A stretch of DNA of 64,000 nucleotides from Macrostomum hystrix (GCA_950097015.1 CATNEN010000002.1:3410001-3474000), one strand, 5' to 3'; positions 38,685 through 52,157 are shown, counted from the stretch's first letter. Program-made: numbers and translations. Notes: generated by a model from the sequence alone, not told the origin.

Positions 38685-39220
38685 TTTTAGAAATCGAAGT
38701 TTCTTAGAAAAAGAAGTTTCTTAGAAATAAATATTCTTAGAAATTGTAATTTCTTAGAAATTAAAGTTTCTTAGAAAAAGAAATTTCTTAGAAATTGAAG
38801 TTTCTTAGAAATGGAGGTTTTTTTAGAAATATATATTTCTTAGAAATTGTAATTTCTTAGAAATAGAAATTTATAATAAATAGTAATTTCTTAGAAATAG
38901 AAGTTTCTTAGAAATAGATATTTCTTAGAAATAGATATGTCTTAGAAATTGAAGTTTCTTAGAAATGGAGGTTTTTTTAGAAATATATATTTCTTAGAAA
39001 TTGTAATTTCTTAGAAATAGAAATTTATAATAAATAGTAATTTCTTAGAAATAGAAGTTTCTTAGAAATAGATATTTCTTAGAAATCGATATGTCTTAGA
39101 AATCGAAGTTTCTTAGAAATGGAAGTTTTTTTAGAAATAGATATTTCTTAGAAATTGTAATTTCTTAGAAATAGAAATTTATAATAAACTGTAATTTCTT
39201 AGAAGTAGAAATGTCTTGAA
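38685..39220. repeat. AT-rich TTTCTTAGAAAT-core array with higher-order duplication
   Basis: Direct reading. Confidence 0.85.
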
Positions 39221-39921
39221 AACTATATATCTTGAGGGTATTACTAAATCACACTCCTAGGTTAAGCAGAGTAAATTAGGTTTTTTAAAAGTTCTTTTGA
39301 AGTTCAAAATGAAAGCACTTTTTAAAAACTGTTTCTAGGAAATTTCATTCAGTTTAACCTCTCGCTTTGCTATCATTGACATGAACAGAATTTTCTTGAT
39401 TTTATCTCGATTATTTTACTCTTCAACATCATGTAAAGTTTTTTGCCTATCTTTCCACTTATTGTTCCACTTATTTTCTACAAAAAAACCTGAAGATTTA
39501 AAATTGGAAATGTGCAATTTTTCGACATTTTTACTCCTACGATTCTGCTTCATTAATTTCAGAGTTTGAGTTCTAAATTTTAGATGTTGCCTCACTTTTT
39601 GTAAACAATAAACGATGTGAGTGTTTGTGTCTCTGATTATGAAATACAGAATAGTAAGTTAATTTTGTTATTCTTTGTCCGAACCGTTCTTGTTTTGTCT
39701 GGCCTGTTTTGTCAGTTATGTCTAGGCGCAGTCTAGAAGATGGCATTAGTATTATTAAACATATTATTATTCAATGTTAGCACTGCACATATTTATTCTA
39801 CTTACAGTAGCATTGTAAGAAAATGTGTGCACTCTTCTTTTATAAGTAGGTGTCGTTATTTTATCATGCAACCCAGAACCCCAGACGGCTCAACCGTCTT
39901 CCTAAAAATATTGCAAGAGGA

Positions 39922-40177
39922 CTGCAGGCAATGGCACATTATTTGGGCAATTCTGCCCATTTCGCTGACTCTTGAGCACACACGCACACAGATACCGTAC
40001 ACAAGCTCACGCTCACACAGGTGTGTACATCTGCCCTGACTTTCTCATCGTCAGGCAGTGTACACTCTCACTGCGCCTTTGAGGTTGGCCCCCAATGGCG
40101 TAAATTGCACGACAAGCCACCAAGCCTTTCCTTCCGCGGCTGCGCCCCAAATAAATGTGGCCTCGCCGCGGAATCGA
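39922..40177 (-). mobile_element. SINE family A copy
   Basis: Colinear with 46517-46857. Confidence 0.75.
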
Positions 40178-40276
40178 CTTCCCCGATCCCCAGACTGCTC
40201 AACTATTTTCCCAAATCCCATAACCCCAGTGAGATCGCTTATCTTCTTATCACGCAAGCTGATTGTTACTAAAAGT

Positions 40277-40402
40277 AGTAACAATAGACTGTCACACAGT
40301 AGACTGTCACACAGTAGACTGTCACACAGTAGACTGTCACACAGTAGACTGTCACACAGTAGACTGTCACACAGTAGACTGTCACACAGTAGACTGTCAC
40401 AC
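40277..40402. repeat. 15-bp perfect minisatellite GACTGTCACACAGTA
   Basis: About 8 copies. Confidence 0.96.
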
Positions 40403-40878
40403 AATTTTCGTTTTTTAGATGAGCTGGTGAATAACTTCTCAAACTATTGTACACCGACCCACTGCTCAAGGGTTAAATGCATAAAAGGTAAACTTTATTG
40501 AGTAGTGGTATGAAATTAGAGTGTAGACGCTGAGAGATGGCCACCGGTCTATCACATGGCCCTGCTTTTGTGGCATAGAAAATAAATTTGAACGGCAGAA
40601 AAATAGAGAGAGAGAGACGGAAGAGAGGGACGGGTCTGCCCCACCATGGCAACTAACTGTCTGGGGCTGCAATGCGCGCCTGAGCTGGGAGAAGAAAACG
40701 AGAGAGAGAGAGAGGCGAGTTGAGACTAGCACTAGCAGCACTAAGCTTAAAGCACAGACGATATAAGACAGATTCTAGTCTTATAGTAGACTCTACTAGA
40801 GTCTAAAGACAGAATCAGAACATAACAGAACAGAACAGAGCAGAACAGAATAGAACAGAACAGAACAGAAGATCCCAG

Positions 40879-43800
40879 ATGCCGCTGACCAGCCAGACGT
40901 TGCGTCGGCTGCAGAAGAAGACCTCCCAGACGATGCTAGGCGCTCAACGTCGCGCCGACATGGAGTCCAACCGGCTAGCCCAGCGGCTGTCAGAGCTTCG
41001 AGCGGTCGAGGAGCGTCGTGAGCGGGCCCGTCAGCGCGAGTTTCGGCAGGCCGAGCGGCAGTTGTCTATGGCCGGGTTGGCTCTGTCTGACAGCGTCATT
41101 GACGTCGACCAGATTAGCGCTGGCCGACCCAGGGCGGTCAGCTCGGCCGAGAAGCGACGGGCGCTAGAACAGCTGTCATCAGACGCCGTCGAGGGCGAGC
41201 GTCGGCCAAGGCGACGGCGGCAGCAGCGTCGGCCGTTGTCGGTTTTTGCGCCGCAGGCGGAGCGACAGCGCCAGTTGATTGCCGAGGCTGCAGCGGAGGC
41301 GACTGAAAAGACGGGAGCTGCTGTCGCTGCTGCTGATTCTGGTTCAACAGCAGCTGGTGGGATGGTGAGTGCGAAAGTGGTAAAATACCTTTAATGAACA
41401 TTTCTATAAGAATGTTCTTACTTTACGAACAGTTTGAAGCAATAAGTGTGAGAAAACATCAAAACTTATTTGACAAAGTAAGAAGCGTGTCAGACACTCG
41501 CTTTAGAAATCGTTAAGCAATTTTTTCATGTGTTTCTGAGCCTGGTAGCAGCTCAAGAAGCTGTTAGACAATTCTAGTACCTGTTAGACAATTCTAGTAC
41601 CTGTTAGACAATTCTAGTACCTGTTAGACAATTCTAGTACCTGTTAGACAATTATAGTACCTGGTAGACAATTCTAGAAACTGTTAGACAATTCTAGTAC
41701 CTGTTAGACAAATCAAGAATCTTTTAGACAATTCTAGAACCTGTTAGATAATTCTAGAACCTGTTAGATAATTCTAGAACCTGTTAGACAATTCTAGTAC
41801 CTGTTAGACAATTCTAGTACCTGTTAGATAATTCTAGAACCTGTTAGATAATTCTAGAACCTGTTAGATAATTCTAGAACCTGTTAGACAAATCAAGAAT
41901 CTTTTAGACAATTCTAGTACCTGTTAGACAATTCTAGTACCTGTTAGGCAATTCTAGTACCTGTTAGACAATTCTAGAACCTGTTAGATAATTCTAGAAC
42001 CTGTTAGATAATTCTAGAACCTGTTAGATAATTCTAGAACCTGTTAGACAAATCAAGAATATTTTAGACAATTCTAGTACCTGTTAGACGATTCTAGTAC
42101 CTCTCAGACAATTCTAGTACCTCTTAGACAATTCTAGTACCTGCTAGCCAAATTTATAACATGTTAGATAAATCTAGGGCCTGTTAGACCACTCTAAAAC
42201 ATATTAGCAAACATGAGGAACCTATTAGACAATATTTTTCATTTTTCGCTATTTTTAGAAGCTGTTAGATAACATCTAAAACACGTTATACAACATCAGA
42301 ACTGGTTGAACTTTCTAAGAAAATGTTAGACAATCATTTCAGACTGCCATGAATTTATTCTCATTTCCTACTGATCAAATATCCAAATCCCATTGATTAC
42401 GTAATCAAAATAATCCGCCAAAATGGAATGGATCAAGTGTCCCTCGGATTGGCAAATAATTCTGCCAATTTCTGTCTGTCTGCAATTGCAAACTGGTTGA
42501 ATTATGCGAGATCTAATTTTGTCTAAATTAACTCGGCAAATCAATTCAGATTTGCATCGACATTCGAACCAGAAAGTTTCAGATTCCACATAAATTTTCT
42601 TTTCGATTCGAAAAATTCGAGTATAATGAGTTAAGTCGAAATTCTTTTATTTGTTTTCAATTTTAACAGTCAGTATTCTGAGCGCACTACTTTTAAGTAG
42701 CTTGCTGGTAGATTTTTAGTTGAACGTTTATCTCTTCGCAGCTTATCGAAACTTTTCAGAAATCAAGGGCTGAACAACAGACAAAATTTTTGAAAATCTT
42801 TTGACTTTCTCTGCAGATTCCCATATCCTCTTTGGAGACTCGGCTGATTCCCATATTCTCTTTAGAGATTCTCGGCTGATTCCCGTATCCTCTTTGGAGA
42901 CCCTTAGCTGATTCCCATATTCTCTTTAGAGATTCTTGGCTGATTCCCGTATCCTCTTTGGAGATTCTTGGCTGATTCCCACATCCTCTTTGAAGATTCT
43001 CGGCTGATTCCCACATCCTCTTTGGAGATTCTCGGCTGATTCCCACACCCTCTTTGGAGATTCTCGGCTGATTCCCACACCCTCTTTGGAGATTCTCGGC
43101 AGATTCCCGCATCTTCTTTGGAGATTCTCGGCTGATTCCCATACCCTCTGTGGAGATTCTTGGCTGATTCCCACATCCTCTTTGAAGATTCTCGGCTGAT
43201 TCCCACATCCTCTTTGGAGATTCTCGGCTGATTCCCACACCCTCTTTGGAGATTCTCGGCTGATTCCCACACCCTCTTTGGAGATTCTCGGCAGATTCCC
43301 GCATCTTCTTTGGAGATTCTCGGCTGATTCCCATACCCTCTGTGGAGATTCTCGGATGATTCCCGCATCTTCTTTGGAGATTCTCGGCTGATTCCCGCAT
43401 CTTCTTTGGAGATTCTCGGCTGATTCCCATACCCTCTGTGGAGATTCTCGGATGATTCCCGCATCTTCTTTGGAGATTCTCGGCTGATTCCCGCATCTTC
43501 TTTGGAGATTCTCGGCTGATTCCCATACCCTCTGTGGAGATTCTCGGCCCTTAAGTTGTCAACCTCCAAGGCACAGTGAGAGTGTACCATGCCAGACGAT
43601 GAGTAAGCCAGGGCAGATGTACACACCTGTGTGAGCGTGTGCTCAGGAGTCAGCGGAACGGGCAGAATGTGCCCACAGCCCACAGTTTTGCGAATCGCAA
43701 GCTGAAAATGGATTTTCCGATTTTCATAAACACAGTCTCGTCAGCAGCCGCACCCGGCCTCCTGCTGCCAGTACGCAGGCAGTGACGGCGCACCCTGCCA

Positions 43801-44170
43801 CCGTTTCCCATGCTGCCTGCCGCCGAGCTACAGCTTCATCAGCAGCAAGCGGGAGATGCTGCAGCTGTACGACCTGCTCCTTAGCCAGCTGCCCGAGCAT
43901 CGCCGACCTCACAGCGGCTCTGACGCGGCCGGATCCTCCGACCTGGGCACAATGATCTCCGACGCCGAGTACCTGATCGAGGCGCAGCGGCGGGTGTCCA
44001 CCCTGGACCCGGTGGAGCGGGCCCGGCTGCTGCGATTGGCCGCCGAGGAGTGGCGCAGGAAGCACTCCGGCCAGCTGCCGCAGCCGAGGGAGACTCGCTA
44101 CGGCAAGCCCTATCCGATGCGGCGCATCCTGAAGCCCATCAGCTGCTCAACCAGCTTCTTCCTGCACTGA
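40879..44170 (+). CDS. Uncharacterised protein with N-terminal coiled coil, 306 aa; exons 40879-41364 and 43736-44170
   Basis: GC-rich coding bias. Donor ATG|gtgagt at 41365 and acceptor cacag|TCT at 43735 join in phase 0 into ORF 43856-44170. No family recognised. Confidence 0.7.
41563..43548. repeat. Intronic arrays: 20-bp CTGTTAGACAATTCTAGTAC (41563-42150) and 32-bp GATTCTCGGCTGATTCCCACATCCTCTTTGGA (42790-43548)
   Basis: Direct reading. Confidence 0.94.
43553..43685 (+). mobile_element. SINE family A internal fragment
   Basis: CCTCCAAGGCACAGTGAGAGTG...GGGCAGATGTACACACCTG...GCTCAGGAGTCAGC. Confidence 0.7.
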
Positions 44171-44291
44171 ACACGAGTTGCTTAATGAGTAGGACGCCAT
44201 AGTCTATGGTCGTGTGTTTTTTATTGAAGGCTCTCTCCTCAGAAGCCAATATCTTCTGAGCCGTTGCACTTTAAAAGAAAGTTCTTTTGGA

Positions 44292-44524
44292 GGAGAGGTT
44301 GTAGCCTAGTGGTTAGAGTGTCGGACTCACGACTTGAAGGTCGGGGGTTCGATTTCCGACTCCACTGGAACAATTTGTGTCCTTTAGCAAGACACTTAAC
44401 TCTGCATTGCTTCAGTTCACCCAGCTGTTAAATGGGTACCAGCATCAGCTGGGTTGATCGAAGGTGGGTGTGGCGTCCCCCCAGTCCATGGACTGAACAG
44501 CTGTACGCAGCCTTACTAATAATA
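44292..44524 (+). mobile_element. tRNA-derived SINE family B with CORE-like body
   Basis: A box TAGCCTAGTGG, B box GGTTCGATTTCC, body GTGTCCTTTAGCAAGACACTTAAC...CACCCAGCTGTTAAATGGGTACC, tail TAATAATA. Confidence 0.8.
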
Positions 44525-44676
44525 CATTCGAGCCTTCTTCATTCTTCTTTGTGCGATGTGTTTTTTGAAAAGCAAATGTAACACGTAGTTTTGTTGCTAA
44601 TTGTCCTGGAACACTGACAAATCCCAAACAATTCGCGGTCTATTTTAATAGATGCAATTACGGCTTGTCGTCGCAA

Positions 44677-44895
44677 GGCGTGCAGCCTAGCGAATCGAGC
44701 GTCGGACTATTCACCACTTGAAGTTCGAGGGTTCGATTCTTGACTTCGCTGGAGGTATGTGTCCTTTAGCAAAGCACACTAAACTTTACATTGGTTTAGT
44801 TCACCCAGTTGTTAAATGGCTACCGGCATTAGCTGGGGTAATTGGTGGGTGTGGCATTCCCCAGTCCATGGACTGAACAGCCATACGCAGTCTTC
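44677..44895 (+). mobile_element. SINE family B, diverged copy
   Basis: Colinear with 44292-44524, including the shared CCAGTCCATGGACTGAACAG. Confidence 0.75.
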
Positions 44896-44897
44896 AG

Positions 44898-45872
44898 ATC
44901 TCATCTCATCTCTCCCCTGTCTCATCTCTCCGGTGTCTCATCTCTCCCCTGTCTCATCTCTCCCCTGTCTCATCTCTCCCGTGTCTCATCTCTCCCGTAT
45001 CTCATCTCTCCCCTGTCTCATCTCTCCGGTGTCTCATCTCTCCGGTGTCTCATCTCTCCCCTGTCTCATCTCTCCCCTGTCTCATCTCTCCCGTGTCTCA
45101 TCTCTCCCGTATCTCATCTCTCCCCTGTCTCATCTCTCCGGTGTCTCATCTCTCCGGTGTCTCATCTCTCCGGTGTCTCATCTCTCCAGTGTCTCATCTC
45201 TCCCCTGTCTCATCTCTCCGGTGTCTCATCTCTCCCCTGTCTCATCTCTCCCCTGTCTCATCTCTCCCCTGTCTCATCTCTCCAGTGTCTCATCTCTCCC
45301 CTGTCTCATCTCTCCAGTGTCTCATCTCTCCCCTGTCTCATCTCTCCCCTGTCTCATCTCTCCCCTGTCTCATCTCTCCCCTGTCTCATCTCTCCGGTGT
45401 CTCATCTCTCCGGTGTCTCATCTCTCCCCTGTCTCATCTCTCCCCTGTCTCATCTCTCCCCTGTCTCATCTCTCCCCTGTCTCATCTCTCCCCTGACTCA
45501 TCTCTCCCCTGTCTCATCTCTCCGGTGTCTCATCTCTCCCCTGTCTCATCTCTCCCCTGACTCATCTCTCCCCTGTCTCATCTCTCCGGTGTCTCATCTC
45601 TCCCCTGACTCATCTCTCCCCTGTCTCATCTCTCCGGTGTCTCATCTCTCCCCTGTCTCATCTCTCCCCTGACTCATCTCTCCCGTCTCATCTCTCCGGT
45701 GTCTCATCTCTCCAGTGTCTCATCTCTCCCCTGTCTCATCTCTCCAGTGTCTCATCTCTCCAGTGTCTCATCTCTCCAGTGTCTCATCTCTCCCGTGTCT
45801 CATCTCTCCCCTGTCTCATCTCTCCCCTGTCTCATCTCTCCCCTGTCTCATCTCTCCCCTGTCTCATCTCTC
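44898..45872. repeat. 16-bp minisatellite TCTCATCTCTCCCCTG
   Basis: About 60 copies, starting right after the SINE B copy. Confidence 0.96.
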
Positions 45873-45894
45873 ATCTTTCATGGTGTAAATTCCA

Positions 45895-45960
45895 CGCCAA
45901 GCCTCCAAATAAATTTTGCCTGGCCGCGGAATCGAGCTGAGATAAATATTAGCGAGCGGT
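45895..45960 (-). mobile_element. SINE family A head fragment
   Basis: CCAAATAAA...GCCGCGGAATCGAGCT matches 46770-46805. Confidence 0.5.
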
Positions 45961-46516
45961 TTTATTGCCATCCTAAAGATTGATTTTGGCTCACTAAAAT
46001 GGTAGACAATCTCATAGCTTAAAGTTAACTAGAAAAAACTCCAGATACGCAAATTATTTCACTGATAGTCAAACTTGAGTGTGAACTAAATTGCTAAATT
46101 GATTTCCAATGTCTTAGCAATGCTGTGCCGTTCATAACCCAAGAGTTCGAAATTGGTTTGCAATCAGACTAATTGAAATTGATTCTCAGGGGTCAGGGAA
46201 GATATAGTCTGCGCTCGACTTTCCAAGAAATCATTTCTCTTCTACCGGCTTCAAGGAGCAGCCAATTACACTCGCGCTGTGTTCCATCGTTCTCAAGGAG
46301 ATTGTGAGTCAAATTTTTTGAGTAACTGGGAAGTTAATCCCAAGTTTTCCTTGCGACGAGTTTCGAATACCTCTCGGTCAGGTGTTTAAAGATTTAACGA
46401 CCCGGCTACAATATCCTTCATTTTGGCTTCAATATTATTGTCCAAGTAGATTTCAATCATTAGCAGATATGTATCGAAACAGTTTATAACAACTCTGGCA
46501 GCATCTAGACATCTGC

Positions 46517-46857
46517 AATAATAATTACAGGGGGGCTGCGGGCAATGGTACACCATTGGGTGTCAGTAGACCCGCAGCCACCGAGGCAATTCTACCCATT
46601 TTGCTGACTCCTGAGCACACACGCGCAGATTCTGTACACAGGCACACGCTCACACAGGTGTGTACATCTGCCCTGACATTCACTGTGCCTTGGAGGATCA
46701 ACACCCCTCAAGGGTGTTAATTGCACGACAAGCCCCCAGTCTTGTCTCTCCTCTCTTGTCTCTTCTCGCCCCAAATAAATGTGGCCTCGCCGCGGAATCG
46801 AGCTCAGGGACCTTGGTGCGAGAGGTAAACGCGTTAACCGCTCTGCCACTCACCCCC
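46517..46857 (-). mobile_element. tRNA-derived SINE family A, apparently full length
   Basis: Minus-strand head TGGCAGAGCGGTTAACGCG...GAGCTCGATTCC (A and B boxes); body with CAGGGCAGATGTACACACCTGTGTGAGCGTG shared by other copies; A/T tail. Confidence 0.75.
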
Positions 46858-48019
46858 TGACTAAGCCACCTTAGGCAACGCGCTGCCATCGCTAGGCTTG
46901 CAGGCTTAGTTTTAGGGCAATTTACACACTGAGATTCGTTCCCGTTCAATCATCGATCGCGCGGAAGCCATTAAATAATGCTACAATGAAATCATTATCC
47001 GTGCCTGTATCAAGCCTAAAAAATAAGATACAAGCTTCTCGGTGAGCTCAAAGGGTTCCTTAATCCCTTAGCTGAGCCCACAGCTTCCGTGCTTCTTATT
47101 TTTATCCTCTAAAATGGAGGCTGCTTAGATGAAAAGTGGGGATTTTTTACACGAGTCGCGCACTCGAATGCGTTTCTAATTTCCCCTTTTTTAATCGATT
47201 CTCCCCTTTCGGTCCTTTGTTTCAATAACTGCGCGGGCGTGGGAACTCTCAACTCCCGTTGTTTTTCTGAGGCCTGAGGCAATGGGCCAGTTTGATTTAG
47301 CGGGGTAAGACGATTCCCACGCATCAAAGGGAATCGATTAATCCCCTCTTGGCAAAGGATATTTGTTACTCAACTTGAGGCCTGGACTGCAATTTGGGGA
47401 AAAGCAAAACTCCCCAAAGGACTGCTTGCTCAGTGTCTCTTTCTCTTTGTTCCCGACTAAAGTGGGCCAAGTCTTGCTTAATGTGCACTGCGAGATTGAC
47501 AGGTGACAAGGAATGATTAATCAGGATTTCCCGATTCTGATTTCCATTGGGAAGATTTTCTAGTTGTGCGACAAATTTACTCCTCGACTGAGTCAAGTAA
47601 AGCATAAGTTCACACCTAAAAGTGATTTAATAACAGTCTGCAAATGAAGTTATGCCTCGTCACTGCAACCGTTAAGCAGCTTGCGGACTTGCGTGATGAA
47701 TCGACGGGACTCCAATTGCAACCTAATTATTGCGTCCTAATGGATAGGAAAATCAGCCGAAAGTTTCCTCCCAACATTGCATCTAATCCATGATTTGTCA
47801 AGCGTGTTGTTGTTGACAAGTTTAGCAACAATGCCTAATATTAACTATAGTTCCACTCGTCTTTCATTCAGCAACTTTTCCAGTGAAAGGCCTCACAAAT
47901 ATATAACACGCAATATTGGCTTAAAAATTGTTTATATTTGTTTCATCCTGTAGTTGCGTTCGGTCGTTCAGATTGCAATATACGACGCCTTTGGGCTCCA
48001 GTGTACCATAGAAGCGGCC

Positions 48020-49065
48020 GTTTTAGTGTGTCGTTGTGCCATGGACGCAGTGTTTTAGTGGGTCTTTGTGGCATTGACGCGTGTTTTAGTGTGTCTTTGT
48101 GGCATCGAAGCTGTGTTTTAGTGTCTTTGTGCCATCGACGCTGTGTTTTACTGTCTTTGTGCCATCGACGCTGTGTTTTGGTGTGTCTTTGTGGCATCGA
48201 CGCTGTGTTTTAGTGGGTCTTTGTGGCATCGACGCTGTGTTTTAGTGTGTCTTTGTGGCATCGAAGCTGTGTTTTAGTTTGTCTTTGTGCCATCGAAGCT
48301 GTGTTTTAGTGTGTTTTTATGGCATTGACGCGCGTTTTGGTGTCTTTGTGGCATCGAGACGTGTTTTAGTATGTCTTTGTGCCATGGACGCAGTGTTTTA
48401 GTGGGTCTTTGTGGCATTGACGCTGTGTTTTAGTGTGTCTTTGTGGCATCGAAGCTGTGTTTTAGTGTGTCTTTGTGGCAATGACGCTGTGTATTAGTGT
48501 GTCTTTGTGGCATCGAAGCTGTGTTTTAGTGTCTTTGTGCCATGGACGCTGTGTTTTTGTGTGTCTTGTGGCATTGAAGCTGTGTTTATTGGTGGGTTTA
48601 TTAGTGTGTCGTTGAGATATCGACGCTGTGTTTTAGTGTGTTTTTATGGCATTGACGCGCGTTTTGGTGTGTCTTTGTGGCATCGACACGTGTTTTAGTA
48701 TGTCTTTGTGCCATCGACGCTGTGTTTTACTGTCTTTGTGCCATCGACGCTGTATTTTAGTGTGTCTTTGTGGCATCGACGCTGTGTTTTAGTGTGTCTT
48801 TGTGGCATCGACGCTGTGTTTTAGTGTGTCTTGTGGCATCGACGCTGTGTTTTAGTGTGTCTTGTGGCATCGACGCTGTGTTTTAGTATGTCTTTGTGGC
48901 ATCGAAGCTGTGTTTTAGTGTGTTTGTGGCATCGACGCTGTGTTTTAGTGTGTTTTTATGGCATTGACGCGCATTTTGATGTGTCTTTGTGGCATCGACA
49001 CGTGTTTTAGTATGTCTTTGTGCTATCGACGCTGTGTTTTACTGTCTTTGTGGCATCGACTCTGT
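48020..49065. repeat. 32-bp minisatellite GTGTCTTTGTGGCATCGACGCTGTGTTTTAGT
   Basis: Direct reading; diverged copies. Confidence 0.93.
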
Positions 49066-51948
49066 TCGTATATTTGATACGCCGTACACGCTGTGATTTT
49101 CTGTAAGTATGCCGCTTTTCTAGCTCCTCAGTACGTTTCCAACTCTCTAAAATAAATTTTGCTTTTCAATTTTCGTCCAGAACATTTTCTCAACAACAGT
49201 TTCTAAGACTCAATGCTTTCATGTGATCAATGTAACGAGACAAAACTCTCGCTTATTCAGGTTAGAAAGCGATTGTGAGTGAGAGTGAAGTGATGGAGCT
49301 TCATCAGGAGCTATTTAAAATAAAACAAATGGGTGGTGCATTTTAAATTGGGAATCGCCCAGCACTCTGTTAAAATTGAAGGCTTGAAAAAATGGGAATT
49401 GTGGGGCCGGATCGCGTCCCTACGGACTATTTTATTCTGAATCCCTCACGAGACCCAAGCGTGGTCTAGCCCTGTGACGGGGAGATTAGTCTGCCCACTG
49501 CATTATTCAGCTGCTTGCAGGCGCTGATTTCCCGTGCATGCGGATCCCGCTGATGTCAGTCCGGGACTCACGGCGCAATACTGAGACATTCTTGACGACG
49601 CGAGAGGAGACAAAAAATGGTGCCGGGAGTAAAGATTGAATTAGGCCTGTGTGAGTGAGCGTATGTTTGTGGCAGAGAAATAACTTAATAGGAAGAGGAC
49701 TCAGGAGGTGGGGTAAGAAACCAGCCGACCTCATGTGGCCGGGTCTGACAGGACCGACAATAATAGCCTGTGCTGGTGGATATTTATTGGCGGGGATTAA
49801 GCAAGTCCGACTGACTGGCGACATTTTTTGCTGTCGCTCTTTTTGCAAATTCTTATACCCTGCCTTCAATCCTTCATGATTGCATGGATTATTCAAACCG
49901 AAGCGTTAATGGTCGCCCCAGACGAATATCGAAATTGTGACATTGTGCACTTTCTACTGCTCAATTGGGAAAATGACTCCAACGCTTTTAAATGCGTCTT
50001 TCTGCCTCGTTCTTCATCAGATATCTAACTCTGTTGGGATCTCTTGGGATCTAGATGGATTCCAGCATCTGGACAGATGGCACTAAGCGGTGGCGACAGC
50101 GCCGTCAGCAACTGGTGGCAGTGGTGGGATATCTATTCTTGACCGACGATGTCTCACCATGTCCTCGGCAGTTGAGTTCTGAGTAATGAGTAGTCGCCGC
50201 CCCTCGCTGAGACACCGGCGCCACACAGTCTGTTAAAGGGTTGGAATGGGTCTAACTGGGGGGAGGAGACTGCTGGATACTGTGTCGTCTCGAACTGCTT
50301 CCCAGTCAGAGCATAGCTGAGAGATTGGGTAAGTCTTGGCGACAGGGGATTTGAATTTGAAATGCTCGCGAGTGCCCCGGCCAAGGGGAAAATGCTAGAG
50401 AAAATTAATTAAATTGGCCACAATAGGATGAAATTAAAGAGGTCCATTGCAAGCGCCCTGGTCAGCCACTGCCCTCCCATGCGACCTCCCTGCCCTCCCG
50501 CGGCCCGGCAAAACCGACTCGGGCCTCCGCAACCCAAATTTCCCCTTTTTCCGCAGCCCGCTCTTTTCCCCACTTCCTTCCAGTCGCTCGCTTCCCTCAT
50601 CATTTCAAGCCTCCAATTTCTCGCATGCTCTATCGGCCCCACCGCCGCTACATTCTCTTCCTCGGCCGTTCTTCACTTCCAAAAATGCTCACTTCTCTCC
50701 GAGCGGTGGTCAATTTGTCCTCACTCTCGCCGGAGATTGACCTGTCCCTGATGCGGCTCAGACGAAGCTAGGCGGAGCCCGTGCTGCCGCGGGCAGTGAG
50801 ATAAGGCAGAAGGTTGATTTCTCTACATCTCTCTCGCTCTCTTATAAAAGAGATTTTATTGCATTTTCTGACAGGCCAGGGTGAAGTGAGCCTCTGTCTG
50901 CAGAGGGACTGCTTCCAGGCTAAAGGAGAAAATCTACAAGGCGACCATTGCTTGAGGGCTGGTTTCTCGAGTCACTCTACATTACTCTCCGCGCCCAAAG
51001 ATGTCTCCCGCAATGTCTCTCAACTTTAATCGCGACCCGATCTCGTCTCCGCAGCCAACTCGATAGGGCAAATACACACGGAATTTCAGAACATGCTGGG
51101 GCCTCGTTTTTATGATTCGTTTGATCCTCTGCAAACTTTTCTTCCGCATCAAGCTGAATGCCCCGAAGGAAATGCGGTCCTGGTGGCTGACACCGTCGAG
51201 TGCAGCCTCAGGCAGCAGCTTCGCTTAAGCACATCAAATCACTTTAACCCGAAGTCTCCACTCATCTTTAGAGCTGTCCAACACACTCAGAAGATAAGCA
51301 ATTTTTATGCTTCCACTTTTGTCCGTTTTCTTAAGAAACCAATGCAAAATTTCCAGCTTCCAAGCAAAATTCTTTGAAACAATTTGAAAGCAAAAGATTC
51401 GTTTTGAGATAGAGGCAATTTGTTTAAACGCGGTATTCAATAGCCGTGTTGTTTAACTGTCTTTGTTGGACAATTGTGATTGATGTATGGAGAAATTGTC
51501 CGAGAATTGGCAATTAAATACTTGCTTCAATAGGACACAGTTTATTTAGTCAAACAGCCAAATAAATTTCTGCAAACCAAACGCAAGCATTTAACAAAAA
51601 TGTGTCAATCACATGAGTGCGGAACTGAGCATACATCCGTAGATCCGTATATTATGTTTTTTATATTTCTTTTTATTTTCCTGTTTTATATTTTATTAAT
51701 AATTCAGAGAAAAATAATTTTAATGGTAAATTTAAACGTAATAGAATCGTTACAATGAGTAGGCAAATATTAAAAGAAAGGTGAGCTGTTTTGCGATAGA
51801 TATTGATGAAAAAATATCAAGTTTAAACATATAGTTTCACATTCCATAGCAGAAGAGAGTAACAGGAGGCCTATAAATCCTGGCTGTGCCCCAATTGGGC
51901 CAGATGTGCAGCCGACAGCGCAGCCGCAGCTAATGCGCGGCGCATCTG

Positions 51949-52157
51949 AAGGCTGCATACGTCTGTTCAGTCCATGGACTGGGGGGACGCCACACTCCTG
52001 CTGATGCTGGTGCCCATTTAACAGCTGGGTGAATCGAATCAATGCAGAGTTAAGTGTATTTCTAAAGGACACAGATTGTTCAAGTGGAGTGGAGAATCGA
52101 ACCCCCGACTATCAAGTGGTGAGTCCGAGGCTCGAACACTAGGCTATACGACCCCCT
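51949..52157 (-). mobile_element. SINE family B copy
   Basis: Reverse complement is colinear with 44292-44524 from the tRNA head to the 3' end. Confidence 0.8.

Noticed and set aside
39990-40070. Hammerhead ribozyme in SINE A (CTGACGA on the minus strand)
   Set aside because: No stem II plus GAAA and stem III arrangement; the motif is just one arm of a simple hairpin.
44292-44368. Possible tRNA genes (also 46790-46857 and 52085-52157)
   Set aside because: A and B boxes are present but the cloverleaf is degenerate and each continues into a shared SINE body.
49500-51260. Exon-like segments downstream of CPED1 (e.g. minus TVWRRCLSEGRRLLITQNSTAEDM; FSLMRKKSLQRIKRII)
   Set aside because: Could not be chained or assigned to a family, and competing frames exist on both strands.
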